A stretch of 64,000 bases of DNA from Raillietiella orientalis (taxonomy: Eukaryota): positions 248,001 to 312,000 of the forward strand of contig JAYWIR010000001.1 in the NCBI GenBank assembly GCA_036172245.1. Direction: 5' to 3'. Position 1 is the first letter of the stretch. Each line of letters begins with the position of its first letter. Under the pieces are notes generated by a model that saw only the letters and a program-made list of their open reading frames with translations, was not told the DNA's origin and ran no database searches. A program made the position numbers and the translations under genes. Shown piece after piece: positions 52,331-63,355 of this stretch.

Positions 52331-53519
52331 AAGATGCCCTTTTCTGGAGGTTGACCCTCCAGAGTGTTAAGAGCGCCCCTCCCTCCCTCTGAAGCCTTCC
52401 TGGATTCACAGGTTACTCCCTGACCGAAGTTACATCACTGCCCACGACCCAAGCGTGACCTTCTTAGCTCTACCAGTCACCATGGGAGTGGCTTTCGGCG
52501 ACAGCGCCCTCGCCCAGGAACCCGAACGCAGCCTTCCCGCTCTGGAACAACCTCGAGGGGCTGGTCCCGAGCTCCATCCTTCTCCACCACACAACCGAGC
52601 ACCCTTTCCACCGAAAGCACCAAGGGCGGGCGGTCCATGAGGATCCATCCCTCCGTTCCGCAGCACACTCGATTGGGAACGCCACGGAAAGACGGATCCG
52701 TTGAGCGCTCCTCCGGGCCGTTGCTGAGCTACCGCAATGCTGCTGCCTCCGCTCTGTTTAGGCCTCTCGAGTCTTCGGACGACACACAGCCGCTGCGTTT
52801 TCGCTCCGTCCACGCCGCCCCCGCACCAAACACCGCCGGTGCGCTTCCGCTCCGGTGTGCCGCCTCTCTGTGTGAAGACAGATCCGGGTTCGCGTGCTCT
52901 TTGAGTACCATTCTGATTTGTTCTTCGGGCCGTGCGACGAAGTGCGCGTTAACCGACGGAGGAGTTGGCTCGACGTCGTAGCGCAGGCGGGGCACAAAGA
53001 GGTCGGTGACGCCAGCCTGGCGCCCCTTCCGACGACATGCGGCGAAGGCCGAAGAGGAAAAAAGAATGAAGGAGAACAGCAGGGTTTGTTGATAGAAAGG
53101 GAAATCTCAGGTGGGAGCTGCATGGGAAAAGAGCGGCAAAGTTCTTGCCGACCCTGGGAGCGCGGAACGGTGGGCGTCGTTGTGGAACGAAACCAAGGAG
53201 GTTCCATCTCCACTCTTTGCCGCAGGGTCCGTCTCCCGCCGCTGGAAGTCTGTGGGAGAATCCAGAAGAGAGGAGGGAACCAGAGGCAAAGGGAAGGGCG
53301 GAAGATACGCAAAGATTCCGGTTCACTTCGATCCGGCGTAACGTCACAACCGCGTCCCCTTGGCAAAGCCTCATCCTTTTCGACGAACTCCGTTTGCTAC
53401 GTTACCCTCCTCGCTTGAAACTCAGAGATGGACAACGTCTTGGGTGCAGACAGCCCACAAATGCACCTGCCTGACTATTAGACAGTCGGAAATCTCCAGT
53501 GTCTTACCAGAGACCTCGG

Positions 53520-54120
53520 ACGATGACCATCCTCCGGGGTTCTTTTCTGTCTGGCTGCTTTCCTAACAGCTTCTCAAGAACCGTTCGGCTGGGGGCTCAC
53601 GATGCTTTTTGATGCTGTCCACACCATCAGGGGATGCGCGTAGTAACTCTTCAATTTAGGGGACAACCCAAGAGGGACCACCCCATGAATACCGGAAGGG
53701 TCGAGAGCAAGGAGAGCCCATCCCTCTTACGCTTGGTAGGGAAACTCAGAAAGTATCCGCCTCCCTGGTTACCTTCGGAGGGAACCCAGGAGGGATGCTT
53801 TCCGTTTCCTCTGAAGAGAGTCTCCTGAAGGGAGCAGCACGCTTCTTACACTCTGGAGAGGCGACTATCCGAGGGAGGGTATAGACTGATCCATTCTCAC
53901 AACTGGAGGGGAACCCCGAAGGGCTCCTCGAATCCTGGAAGTCGACCTTCTTCCCATTCCCGGAGGCTGATCAGCGGAAGCATGTGGTTTCCAGTCCCCG
54001 ATAGCTCCGCACCCGAATGAGCCAACTAGCATCACCTTCCGGGAGGACTCGAAACCAACGACGCGCCCCCGTTCTCGCCGTTGGCCCTTTCCCGGGAGGG
54101 ATTCGAACCCGTGACGCGGT
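53520..54120 (-). mobile_element. SINE, near full length
   Basis: GGGATTCGAACC at about 54098, GGACTCGAAACC at about 54045, full body. Confidence 0.7.
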
Positions 54121-54149
54121 GCCACGCGCGCGGAGGTCGCAGGCGTTAG

Positions 54150-54320
54150 CTCGTGCGCAAACCGTCGAATCGCGGCCACGTGACGTCGTAACCGGTTGCC
54201 TCGTTCCCTGGTCGCCAGTTGCCCGAGCTCCAGCCGTGCCGCGGACTCCTCACGCGTTCCCGCAGGACCGAGCTGCCAGGCGCTACCCAGCGGTCGGCGA
54301 AGGAGACTTCCAGACCTTCC
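54150..54320 (+). repeat. Family 2 repeat copy
   Basis: Same blocks as 51440-51640; inverted partner at 55200-55430. Confidence 0.6.
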
Positions 54321-55199
54321 AGAGAGTTCGGGACGCTTTCCCGGGAGCAGGTCGCTCCGGCTTTTCTCAGTGGGCGTTTCCATTTTCACGACAGGGAGCG
54401 CCAGCGCGCCATTTCGCCAAGGCGTCCGTCATCTTCCCTGCTCCTACCGTCCGCCCCTCCGACCCTCGCGCCTCGGAGCGCGCGCCCCTCTGCCCGGCTG
54501 TCGCAACAGCTCAATTACCCGGGGACAGCCGGGTCCGGATCGCTCGTGTTTGGGCAACACGCTGACGTCTCTGCCGCAGGCGCGACCTCCGTCTGCTCGC
54601 GACTCGAGTTGAGCAACTCTTGCGCGCGCCTCCAGCGACTCCCTCAAATCCACGCGTTTCCCGCTCGGAGGGAAACCCTCAACCCGTGTCCTTCCCCCGT
54701 CCTCCCCATCCACCCCCGACAGAGATGCAACAACGGCGGCAGCAGCCACCACGTAAGCAGAACTCGGCGTGCAAGCCGACGGCCGCTCTTGAACGCGCAG
54801 GAGGGCGCCAGGGATCTCATCCTCCCCGTTCGCCTCCCCGCCCGCCCTCGCGCTGCTGGCGGTCCCAGCCGAGCTCCGCTGCTTCCGGGGTTCGCCGCCT
54901 TCTTGCCGGAACCGGAGAGACCTCGAAGTCGCATTTTCACCCTCAAACTCCCCCTCTCCTCCCCCATCCCATTCCAACCTCACAGATCTTTCAAAACCCA
55001 CTCGACATGAGGTCAGCGCGAGCCGGAACGACCAGCGCAACGCGAAGGACAGGTCAAATGGAAATCCCCTCTGCGTCCGAGCCAAGTCACACGGACACAA
55101 CCTTCGCGTAGGTCTTCGCTGCGCCGCGTGGGCACTTGGAAATCCTCCGCCCCAAGCAAGGCTGATGTGGAGCAGCGTCTCTGTTGATCTTCCCTAGGA

Positions 55200-55430
55200 T
55201 TTCGCGGCACAGCCGAAGACCGGGGAACCTGGCAACCGGCTCCGACGTCATTGGCCGCGATTCGATGGTTTGAGCACAGGCTGCCGCCTCCTTCGCCGGC
55301 CGTTGGGTGGCGCCCGGCAGCTCGGTCCTGCGGGGACACGTGAAGACTCCACACCACGGCCGGAGGTCGGCGGACCTGGCGACTGGGGAACCGGCTACGA
55401 TGCTATGTGGCCGCGATTCGACGGTCCCGT
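55200..55430 (-). repeat. Family 2 repeat copy, inverted
   Basis: Reverse complement of 54150-54320, with an internal direct repeat AACCGGCT...TGGCCGCGATTCGA. Confidence 0.6.
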
Positions 55431-56050
55431 CAGAATTGCATGAAGGGACCGTTGCATTCTTCGCCCATCAGCCAGCCCAATTTTGTGCTCTTGCGAAAAT
55501 CACCTCGTGGCATCCTCACGGACACACTTTGTGCCCTCGAGCTCTCCTGGAAACCAACTGGGAGACCTGTATCATAGGAGGCAGTGAACTCAACGTCTCC
55601 CTGAGACCTCTGCAGTTTTGTGGACTGCGTGGGGTCGGGTCGCTTCCCTCACGAAAGTGACGTTTCAAACTCATCGACCTGGATGACATTTCTCAACGTA
55701 GCGTTTCCAAGGACCTGATTAGAGGTCTTTGGAGACGCTTGATTGGGTGAAGCAGGGTCCTGATGACGTGACCACCCAGGCCCCTGTTCAAATGCCGGAC
55801 TTTCTCGACGCAACGCTCTTCACCTCCTGAAGAGGGCGGCACCAGGAAAGGGTAGTCGGATCCTCAGGGCGTCTCCCCAGACCACCAGGACCATCCGGCA
55901 CGAAGGCAGGGGGACTCGTCGCTATGGAGACGCCTTTCTCCGAAGGCAGGTCTGGCAAAAGAGCACGAAAAACGCGGGCCAGCCATGGGAGCATTCCGAA
56001 ATCGTCAAGTCACCGTTCTCCATTCGCCGGTGGTTAGCACCCTGCCTCTG
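55430..56050 (-). mobile_element. Probable LINE RT relic
   Basis: Patchy DNA similarity to 13860-13970 and 14540-14570. Confidence 0.35.
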
Positions 56051-56464
56051 ATACGTGCGGTATCCGTGGAAACGACCCTTTCTTGGCAGCCGCTCACATG
56101 TGGACGGTTTTGAGAGCTCTCTCCCGGTTTTTTTCTCCCGCAGCTACTGGGCGCTGCTCAGCTGGGAATCCGAGTGCTGCTCAGTCGACGCTGCTCGAAG
56201 ATTCCTCCTGGAAAAAGAAGGAAAGGTACGAGCAGGAAGGAGGGACCGTCCGTCGGAACTGGGATCGGCAGAGACAGCGCTGGCGTCGCTCTTCTCGCGC
56301 GCTCCGCGGCTTTTGATCTGCGCGCCTCCGGCCCCGGTTCGGGGCAGCTCGGAGCGGGGGCTGTCCCGTGCCGGGCCCCCAGGGCAGAGTAAAGGGTTTG
56401 GAGGAATCGGTTCGCTTCGAAACCCGTAAGACCGCGACTCGTAAGCTCATGCGCTTCTTACACG

Positions 56465-56645
56465 CAGATTCATGAGTGTATTTATTTTAACATACACACT
56501 ATATATTCTCATACCCATCATTGATAGTGATAGCATCTTAACATACGTATAAATAAATATTTACTAAGATGCATATTAATAATATAATCATTAATATGTT
56601 TATTATGTATTGCTGTGTATAGCAAAGGCTATAAAAAATAAGCAG
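56465..56645. repeat. Small AT-rich foldback-family remnant
   Basis: TATTTATTTTAACATACAC and AAAGGCTATAAAAAATAAG subrepeats. Confidence 0.4.
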
Positions 56646-58295
56646 TACCTCTGGAGCCTGCCTCCGTGCTCCCAAACGAGGGTCCCGTGCGTTTCGGCAA
56701 GAGCTCTTTCTGCTTGGCACGGCAGAGGAAAAGTTTCTTTGGGGCCCCACGGCAGCGCCACTCTGTCCAGTGACCCGTGCCGGGTTCTTGCCGGGACCAG
56801 GAGCACGGCCTTGGAAATGATAGGGGAGCAAGGGAACAGGGAAGTGCGTCGCTTCTCCCCGGATCAGACTGCTTTGCCGAAGGGAGGTTTGGGGTACCCA
56901 CCCCATAGGCGGCGGGCAGCGACGCAGGGGAGGGAACAGACTGCGAGCGAGCGCCTGTGGCTTCGAAGTTCCGCGACGGTACGGCAGAGTGCGCGCGCGC
57001 ACGTTCGCGGCCTCGAAGCGAGCTAGGCACAAAAAGTCTCCTTCCCATAACGAAGGGACCAAATGGGGAAGATGGAGACGGGGAGGAGAGGATTTCGCTC
57101 CAAACGTCGCCGTGGAGGCGGTTGCAGGCCGGCGAGTCTGGACCCCCTCCTTGACTCGATCGCCGTCTCGTCTGACGAGCCATCGCGAGGGAACATCCTC
57201 TGTCGGATGCGGGGATGCTCGCGTTCTCGGCGCCCCTAGCGGGACCTCCGGAAGGCTCTCACGCATCGGAAAGTTCCAGCGTCTTCTTGCATCGGACGCT
57301 GGCCGCGTCGCGACCCCGCAGGGCTGGACGGGATGGCGCGGTGCGAGCGGGTCACTGGGGGATCTGGAGCGAGTGCGAGACAGGGGCGGGAAGAATTGCC
57401 TCCGGGAAGACGAACGCACGCAACGCCGCCTACGCGGAAGGAAGGCGAAGGGGGACCTCGGTTGCTCAGCAGCTGTGTGGCGCTGTCGCTGCTCAGGTGC
57501 AGATCAGGAACGGCAGCGGGAGGGGGGGGGGGCGTTCCGTCAGATGGCGCGTGCGCGCGCTGATTGGTCGCGAACCTGGGCGCAGGTGGCCGCGGGGTTT
57601 CTGGAACGGGGATCAGGCGCGCGCCTCTGGAGTTTCGCCTTCGGGCTGCGCGCCGCTCCGCTGTTACCAGTTTTTCCGCACTCTTCCCTCATTCTTCCCC
57701 GCCCCTCCCCCTTGCTCCTTCCGGCTTGCATCCGGATGACTGAAGGTCCGAGCAGGAAGCCTCCGTGGATCGAAGCCGAACCCCCGCCGCCTCGACGGTC
57801 ACAGGTCACGACCTCCGGAAGCGAGCGATAAGACGTTTTCAGGAAAAAGGGCGAAGCGGCGGCGACGACAGCGGACGTTTGAGAGAGCTGAGGAAGCTGC
57901 ACGGGAAGCGGAAGTGCCGAGGAAAGACGCCTTCGCCCCAGGGGGTTCAGGCAAGAACCGAGCGAAAGCCCCCGACGGCCCTTTGGACCGGTCATGCTGC
58001 CCCTCACCCCCCTTCGCTGCTGCGGACTGCCTTCGCAGCCTCGGATGACCCCCGCTGACCGCCGCGAGATGCTCCTCCTCCTCGCGACACGACCACCCCA
58101 GGCCGGCGGCGTCACGCAAAACTTCCTACTCGCCTGAAACACCTCCGGAGATGTACCACGTACGTCCCCCCCCCTCCCTGCGCGATGCTTTTCTGCCGCT
58201 TCTGCTTCCGGACTGTCTGCTCCGTCCCTCCGCCCCCTCCCCCCACTAGAATCCCCTGCCTGCACAGTCGCTCACCGCTGACGTCTGTTTTGAAG

Positions 58296-58394
58296 GTCGA
58301 GCAAGCAGAGGAGATGCTGGACCTCCTGGAAAGGCTCAACAAGAACCGCATCAACGACCAGCGCTGCGAGCTGCCCCCGGCGACCTGCGGGAAG
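58296..58394 (+). CDS. GoLoco/GPR motif exon (VEQAEEMLDLLERLNKNRINDQRCELPPATCGK) of a G-alpha-i regulator (Rap1GAP-, RGS12/loco- or GPSM-like)
   Basis: TTTTGAAG acceptor, AAG|GTGAGT donor, 99 bp, phase 0/0; GoLoco consensus with the D-Q-R triad. Confidence 0.85.
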
Positions 58395-58984
58395 GTGAGT
58401 GGCGCTGCCGCGGCGCCCGCAAGAGGCCGGAAAAGGGGGTCCCTCCTCCGCGGCGTTCCTCCCTCGGTTTCCGGGAGCACCCCAGTTTTGCTCCTGATGC
58501 CTCCGCCCGCCGCCGGCCCGAGGTCTTCGATCCGGAAGCGCAAGGTTCCCTCGCCTGCCGCGAGGGGTGCCGCGGAGTGAAGAAGGTTGGCGGCCCTTCA
58601 TGCGCGCGCTCAGGTCCGCCGAAGAAGAGAGGGCACTGGAAGCGTCCGGAAGCCTCAGGGATTTTTTTCGGAAATCTTGGGGGAGTTCCCGATGCACCCT
58701 CTCCCGCCTTTCCGGCTTAGTCTCGCAGCGCCGCGACGGCAGCGCTGCAGGAGCACCCAGCGGCCGGCCGTTGCGGCGCCACAGGCGCGGATCGAAAGAG
58801 GAAAGCTGCGGCTGCAGCGTTTCCTCGTCTCTGCCGCCCCCGGAGGAGAGCCCATGGCGTGGAAAGAGGCGCGTACAGCCTGCTCCTCCGAGCCCCGGAC
58901 GCATCCTGGGAGAGCGGTCACGAGCCGGCGCTTCTGAACGCCAAAGCGCCCAGCTCTCCTCGCAGGAGGCCGTGTTTCTGCGGC

Positions 58985-59570
58985 CTCCCCGCGCGCGGGC
59001 GTAGAGGGCTCGAATCCCGCCCACGAAAAAGAGCGACGCCGAGAACGGGGGATGGTGCGTCGTGGGTTTTTGAGTCCCCCCTGCAAGACGGCGCTGGATG
59101 TCCTCGGTTGGCTTTGGGTGCGGCAGCGCTGAAGGAAGTCAGGATGCCCTCGTTCACTGGCTTTCGGGATCAGAAGCTGACCCCTCAGAGATCCTTCCCG
59201 GACAACAAGGAGCCCTTCGGAGTTTCCCTCCGGTTGTGAAAATGGAGCCGCCGAAACCCTCCCTCGGGGGAAGGCCTCTCCTCCAGAGTGCAAGAAGTGC
59301 ACTGTCCCCTTCTTGGTTCTCTTCAGAGGAGGAAACGAGGAGTGGCCCCTTCCGGGATCCCTCCGGAGGCAACCGAGAAGGGTGTGTGTGTGTGTCCCCC
59401 CAGCGTAAGAGAGGAACGAACTTCTCCCTCCGGAGCCTTCCTGGACTCACAGGGTGGTCCCTACGGGTCTTCCCCCTAACTTGGAGAATCTCACGCACCC
59501 TCTGTGGCAAAGAGCTTCGTGAGCGCCCCGCGAGGAGGACGGTTCTTCAGCACTTGGCGAGCCGAAAGAA
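58985..59570 (+). mobile_element. SINE, near full length
   Basis: GGCTCGAATCCC head, body and GGTTCTTCAGCAC near the 3' end. Confidence 0.7.
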
Positions 59571-62500
59571 GGTCCACAGAAGGACTTCCGCCTTCGGATT
59601 GGATCCCGGCGCCACCTGGGTGCAGGGGAGAAGTCCGCGCGGATGTGGTCCCTGCAGGCGCCGCTTCCTTCGGCTGCCCCTCCCCCTCGGGCTTCTGCGG
59701 AGGGTCACCCGAACTCCTCCCGGAGAGAGGGCCACAGATCAGCGGCGCCTCCAAGAGGTCCACCGTCCGCTCCGCCGACCCCGCCGGCGCGGATTCGGCG
59801 AACCGCTCGCCCTTCCCGTGCGCTCCGACATGGGGGGATCCCGTCCGTCCTTCTTTCCGGGATGCTTCATCTCCAGGCTCCTTCCGGATGGTCTGGGGAA
59901 GGGCGTGTCTCCCTTGCGCCAGCTCCGGCCGAGAGATAAGTCGGTTTGTCCCACCGACTGATGTCCGGAGCCTCTCCTCACTTATCTTGCGCAAACATCT
60001 CCCGTGAGGATTCCTCCTTATCTCTCTGACTAGGGAAAAAAACGTCCCGATGGTTTCGTTCCCGAAGGTCAGACTTGCGAATGCGGTCCCCTGCGCTCTC
60101 TCGGCAGTTGCTGGGACGCGGCGTCCCCGCCGGGGGAGGGGTGGGGGTGGGAGGTTTCGTGGGATCCCGGTCAGCGTGCTGCGCGCGCACGGAGAACCGT
60201 TCCGCTGCCGTTCCGGAACCTCCCTGCGACTGCGCGCGCGCGTTCGAATTTTCGCGCCAATCGGAATGGAAGGAAGGAAGACCACGTGATCGGACGCCAT
60301 GCTTCCCAAGTCGCACCTGCACCGACGCGCGCACCAGAAAGTGCGCATTTAGGGATTTGGTGTTGGATTCATACTTCAACCGCAAGCCGATCGAAGTGCT
60401 ACGTTTGAAAAAAAGAAAAAGGTCAGCGTGAAGCATTTAAAATGCGGAGGGCATCTTTTCCATCATCTTGTCCCTTGGATGACAAGAGATCGCTCACGCC
60501 ATTGCGGCTTTGAAGAGCATCACAAGACGGGCCTCCCCAACTCCTCTCCCCCGTGGGTAGAAGAACCGTTGCCCTTCGGAGGTCTCGCCTTTCCAGAGCG
60601 GGCAATTAGCAAGCGCTAAGAGTTGCAGCCTCTCCGGCCGCAGAGTGCAGTTTCTCGCTCGCGGTCGAAAGGGCTGCGTCGAGTTGACGGAGGATGGAAA
60701 CCGAAACACCCAGTGACCCCTCTCCTCCGGCTCTCATTGGAGCCCTAGGGTTTCCTTTCTGGGGGTCAATTCCATAACTCTTTCCCTTCGTTTGCCCAAC
60801 GCTCATCCCATATGCAACGGAGTCGCCCCACTCGTGGTTGCTGTTGCAATGCTGAGGATTTTTTTTTCTGGTGGCTTTTCCCACAACTTCCCTGCAGGAA
60901 CTTCATCCAGCTGTTGTTTTATAACATGCTCCTCATCTGAAAAAAAAGGAAGGAAGGAATAGGACCAGAAGGTGAATCACCATTTTCGCTGAGAACTCGG
61001 AGATTCTTCTAGCTTACCACGGACTTCCTTTCGCAAAGGGACTCCAAGACTCGACGGAAGTCACTCGTGGAAAGAGCGGTGCAACTCATCTGAAGACGTT
61101 CCAGAAACCCTCCCTCAAAACCCATTGACGTGAACGAAAAATGGGATCGCCATTCTCTAGCACTTGGTAACCCTGCCTCGGGACGCAAGACGGTGTTCCC
61201 AGGGTGCTTTTTTCGAGCGGAATCCGTTCCCTCGCGTCGCAGATCGCAGGACCACGTCGACATCCAGATCCAGTTTATCGCGATGCGCCGCAGACAGGTT
61301 CCTTTTTTCCCCTCAAAACCTTGCGGCAAGTCAGAATTCCCAGCCACCCGCGCGCCGATCCGAAATTGACAGTCCCGAAGATTTCACAAAGCAATCGCAG
61401 CGGATTCGATCCGAGTTGCGGATGCAAAAGAAGAAGAGGAAGCGGAAAATGAAGAACCCACCTATAGTCCGTCTATACAGAGTGCGCTCGCGCGTTATTC
61501 GACTTCGCTGCGTTTTATCGATCGAGGGTGCACCGCCGCCATCTTTTCCGAAGCGCATTCCGAGGCGAGCTGCTCTGACATTCAATGCGGATGGTTCCCA
61601 CAGATGTCTGCTCTGCTCCTCACTTTCATCGCTTTTTTCTCTCTCCCCGTCTCGCTGCCTGCTGTTTGTTGTCAGAAATTTCCTGCTGATTGCATTCGTA
61701 CCATACGCGGGTTTCCTCGAAGTGTACATGTCGTGGTGATAGCGGCAGCCGTGCCCGTCTCGCGGAGAAAGATTGGTTGCTCCTCCCCCTTTTCTTTTTT
61801 GTCCAACCTTCCTCATCCGTGGCGCGAGGTCAGAGTTCAGGTCCCGCGGGAGCGAACGCATTGTTGGGCGCGCCCTGTTCCACCAAGCGGCCGCTTGGTC
61901 TTCCCTGAGGCGAGATCACGAGCACACATCTCCGGCGAGCGTCGCCGGCGCGCTCCGTGCCGGGTCAGAGTCGCTGAAGAGTGGTCCGCGAGTTTCCACA
62001 AGAAAAGCGCACGAAGGGCTGGAAGTGGGGGGAGGGACGTGCGGACGCTGCTGCCGCAGACATCTCTGGACGCCTCGCCGATTTTGGAATCGCATTCTTC
62101 TTCTTCTTCTTCCTTTTCTTTGTTTTGCGAGAACCCGAACGCTGGAGCCGAGCGGGCGGTTCTGTTCCCCAGGAGAAGATCAGCGGCATTTTCGACGACG
62201 AATCCGAGCAGAACTGGTTTTCGTGCCGTTCCGAGCCAGGATGACGTCCCGAAATTCGAATTCGGGAGTTCCCTTGGGAGAAAAGGACCCTGGAAGCCCC
62301 TAAGGCCACGGGGACTCGCATTCGGTCTGAAGCGCCAAGAGTCGGGGCTGCGAGAAGGGATCCGGTGGTGAAGAAGAGGAAGAGGAGCGCAAGGAGCCAA
62401 CAGGTTCGCGACGAAACGATTCGTCCAGACGCGTTGTTTGGGCACCGAATCGATGATCGAGAGGGATCAAAAGCCCCCGGGGACCCCGGCAGCTCTTCGC

Positions 62501-62799
62501 GCGCTTCGGGTGAGCGAGAAGTGGATCAGCTGAGCGCTCGTGCAAAGGGGAAGCCGGCGCGGCTCCTTTGCTTGTTCCAAGGTCGATCGGCAGCAGACTG
62601 CTGCGGACGAGGCGGTCGGTAGCCGGTATGTCGGAAGGAAACACACACGAGCACGAGGACGCGTCACCGTGGACGGGGGAGGGGGTAGGAACCTTGAGAA
62701 CCGCGCAGCCGACGGTCCTGAGGAGGAAAGGGGAAGGGAGAACGCAGAGGAATAGGACCAGCGTTTCGACCTCGCTCTTGCACCACCCACAGCCAAATT

Positions 62800-63355
62800 C
62801 CAAAGACGTTGGTTTTCTTCTGCTCCGCTGCTTTCCTACCTGCTTTTTTTTTTGGTTCGCTGAGTGCTGGAGAGCCGTTCGCCTCCTCGGGGAGGAGGGT
62901 GAGTCATGGAGCTCTTTGACGCTGTCCACGCCACCCGGGGTGCATGCGACTCTTCTAGTTACAGGGAGTAACACCGTAAAGACCACCCTATGAACCCAGG
63001 AAGGGCTCCGGAATGAATGAGTTCGTTCGCCTTGCTCTTGGTAGAAAAGATCCCGGGGAAACCAACAGATCCTGGTTTCCTCCTCTGAAGAGAAGAGCCC
63101 CGAAGGCGCGCTCCTTGACACTCTGGAGAGGTGACCCCCAGAGGTGACCAGCTCCACGGCTCCATTTTCACAGCCAGAGCAAAACCAGGAGGGACCCCGG
63201 AGGGTTGTCTTCCAAATTCCGGCCGGCCAACGGGGGCGTCGAGCTTCCGCTAGGACAACCAGCGTCATCTTCCCGGAGGAAGACTCGAGACCACAACGAC
63301 GCGCCCCCCCGTTCTTGGCGTCGATGCTTCTCCGGACGGGATTAGAACCCGTGAA
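62800..63355 (-). mobile_element. SINE, near full length
   Basis: GGGATTAGAACC head, body blocks and T-run at about 62845. Confidence 0.7.

Noticed and set aside
48814..52409. 458-aa and 436-aa minus-strand ORFs
   Set aside because: Arg/Pro/Gly-rich chance ORFs crossing several unrelated repeat relics; only short patches are LINE-like.
60248..60262. E2F-like TTTTCGCGC with overlapping CCAAT as a promoter
   Set aside because: Short motifs like this are expected by chance in CpG-rich DNA, and there is no linked first exon.
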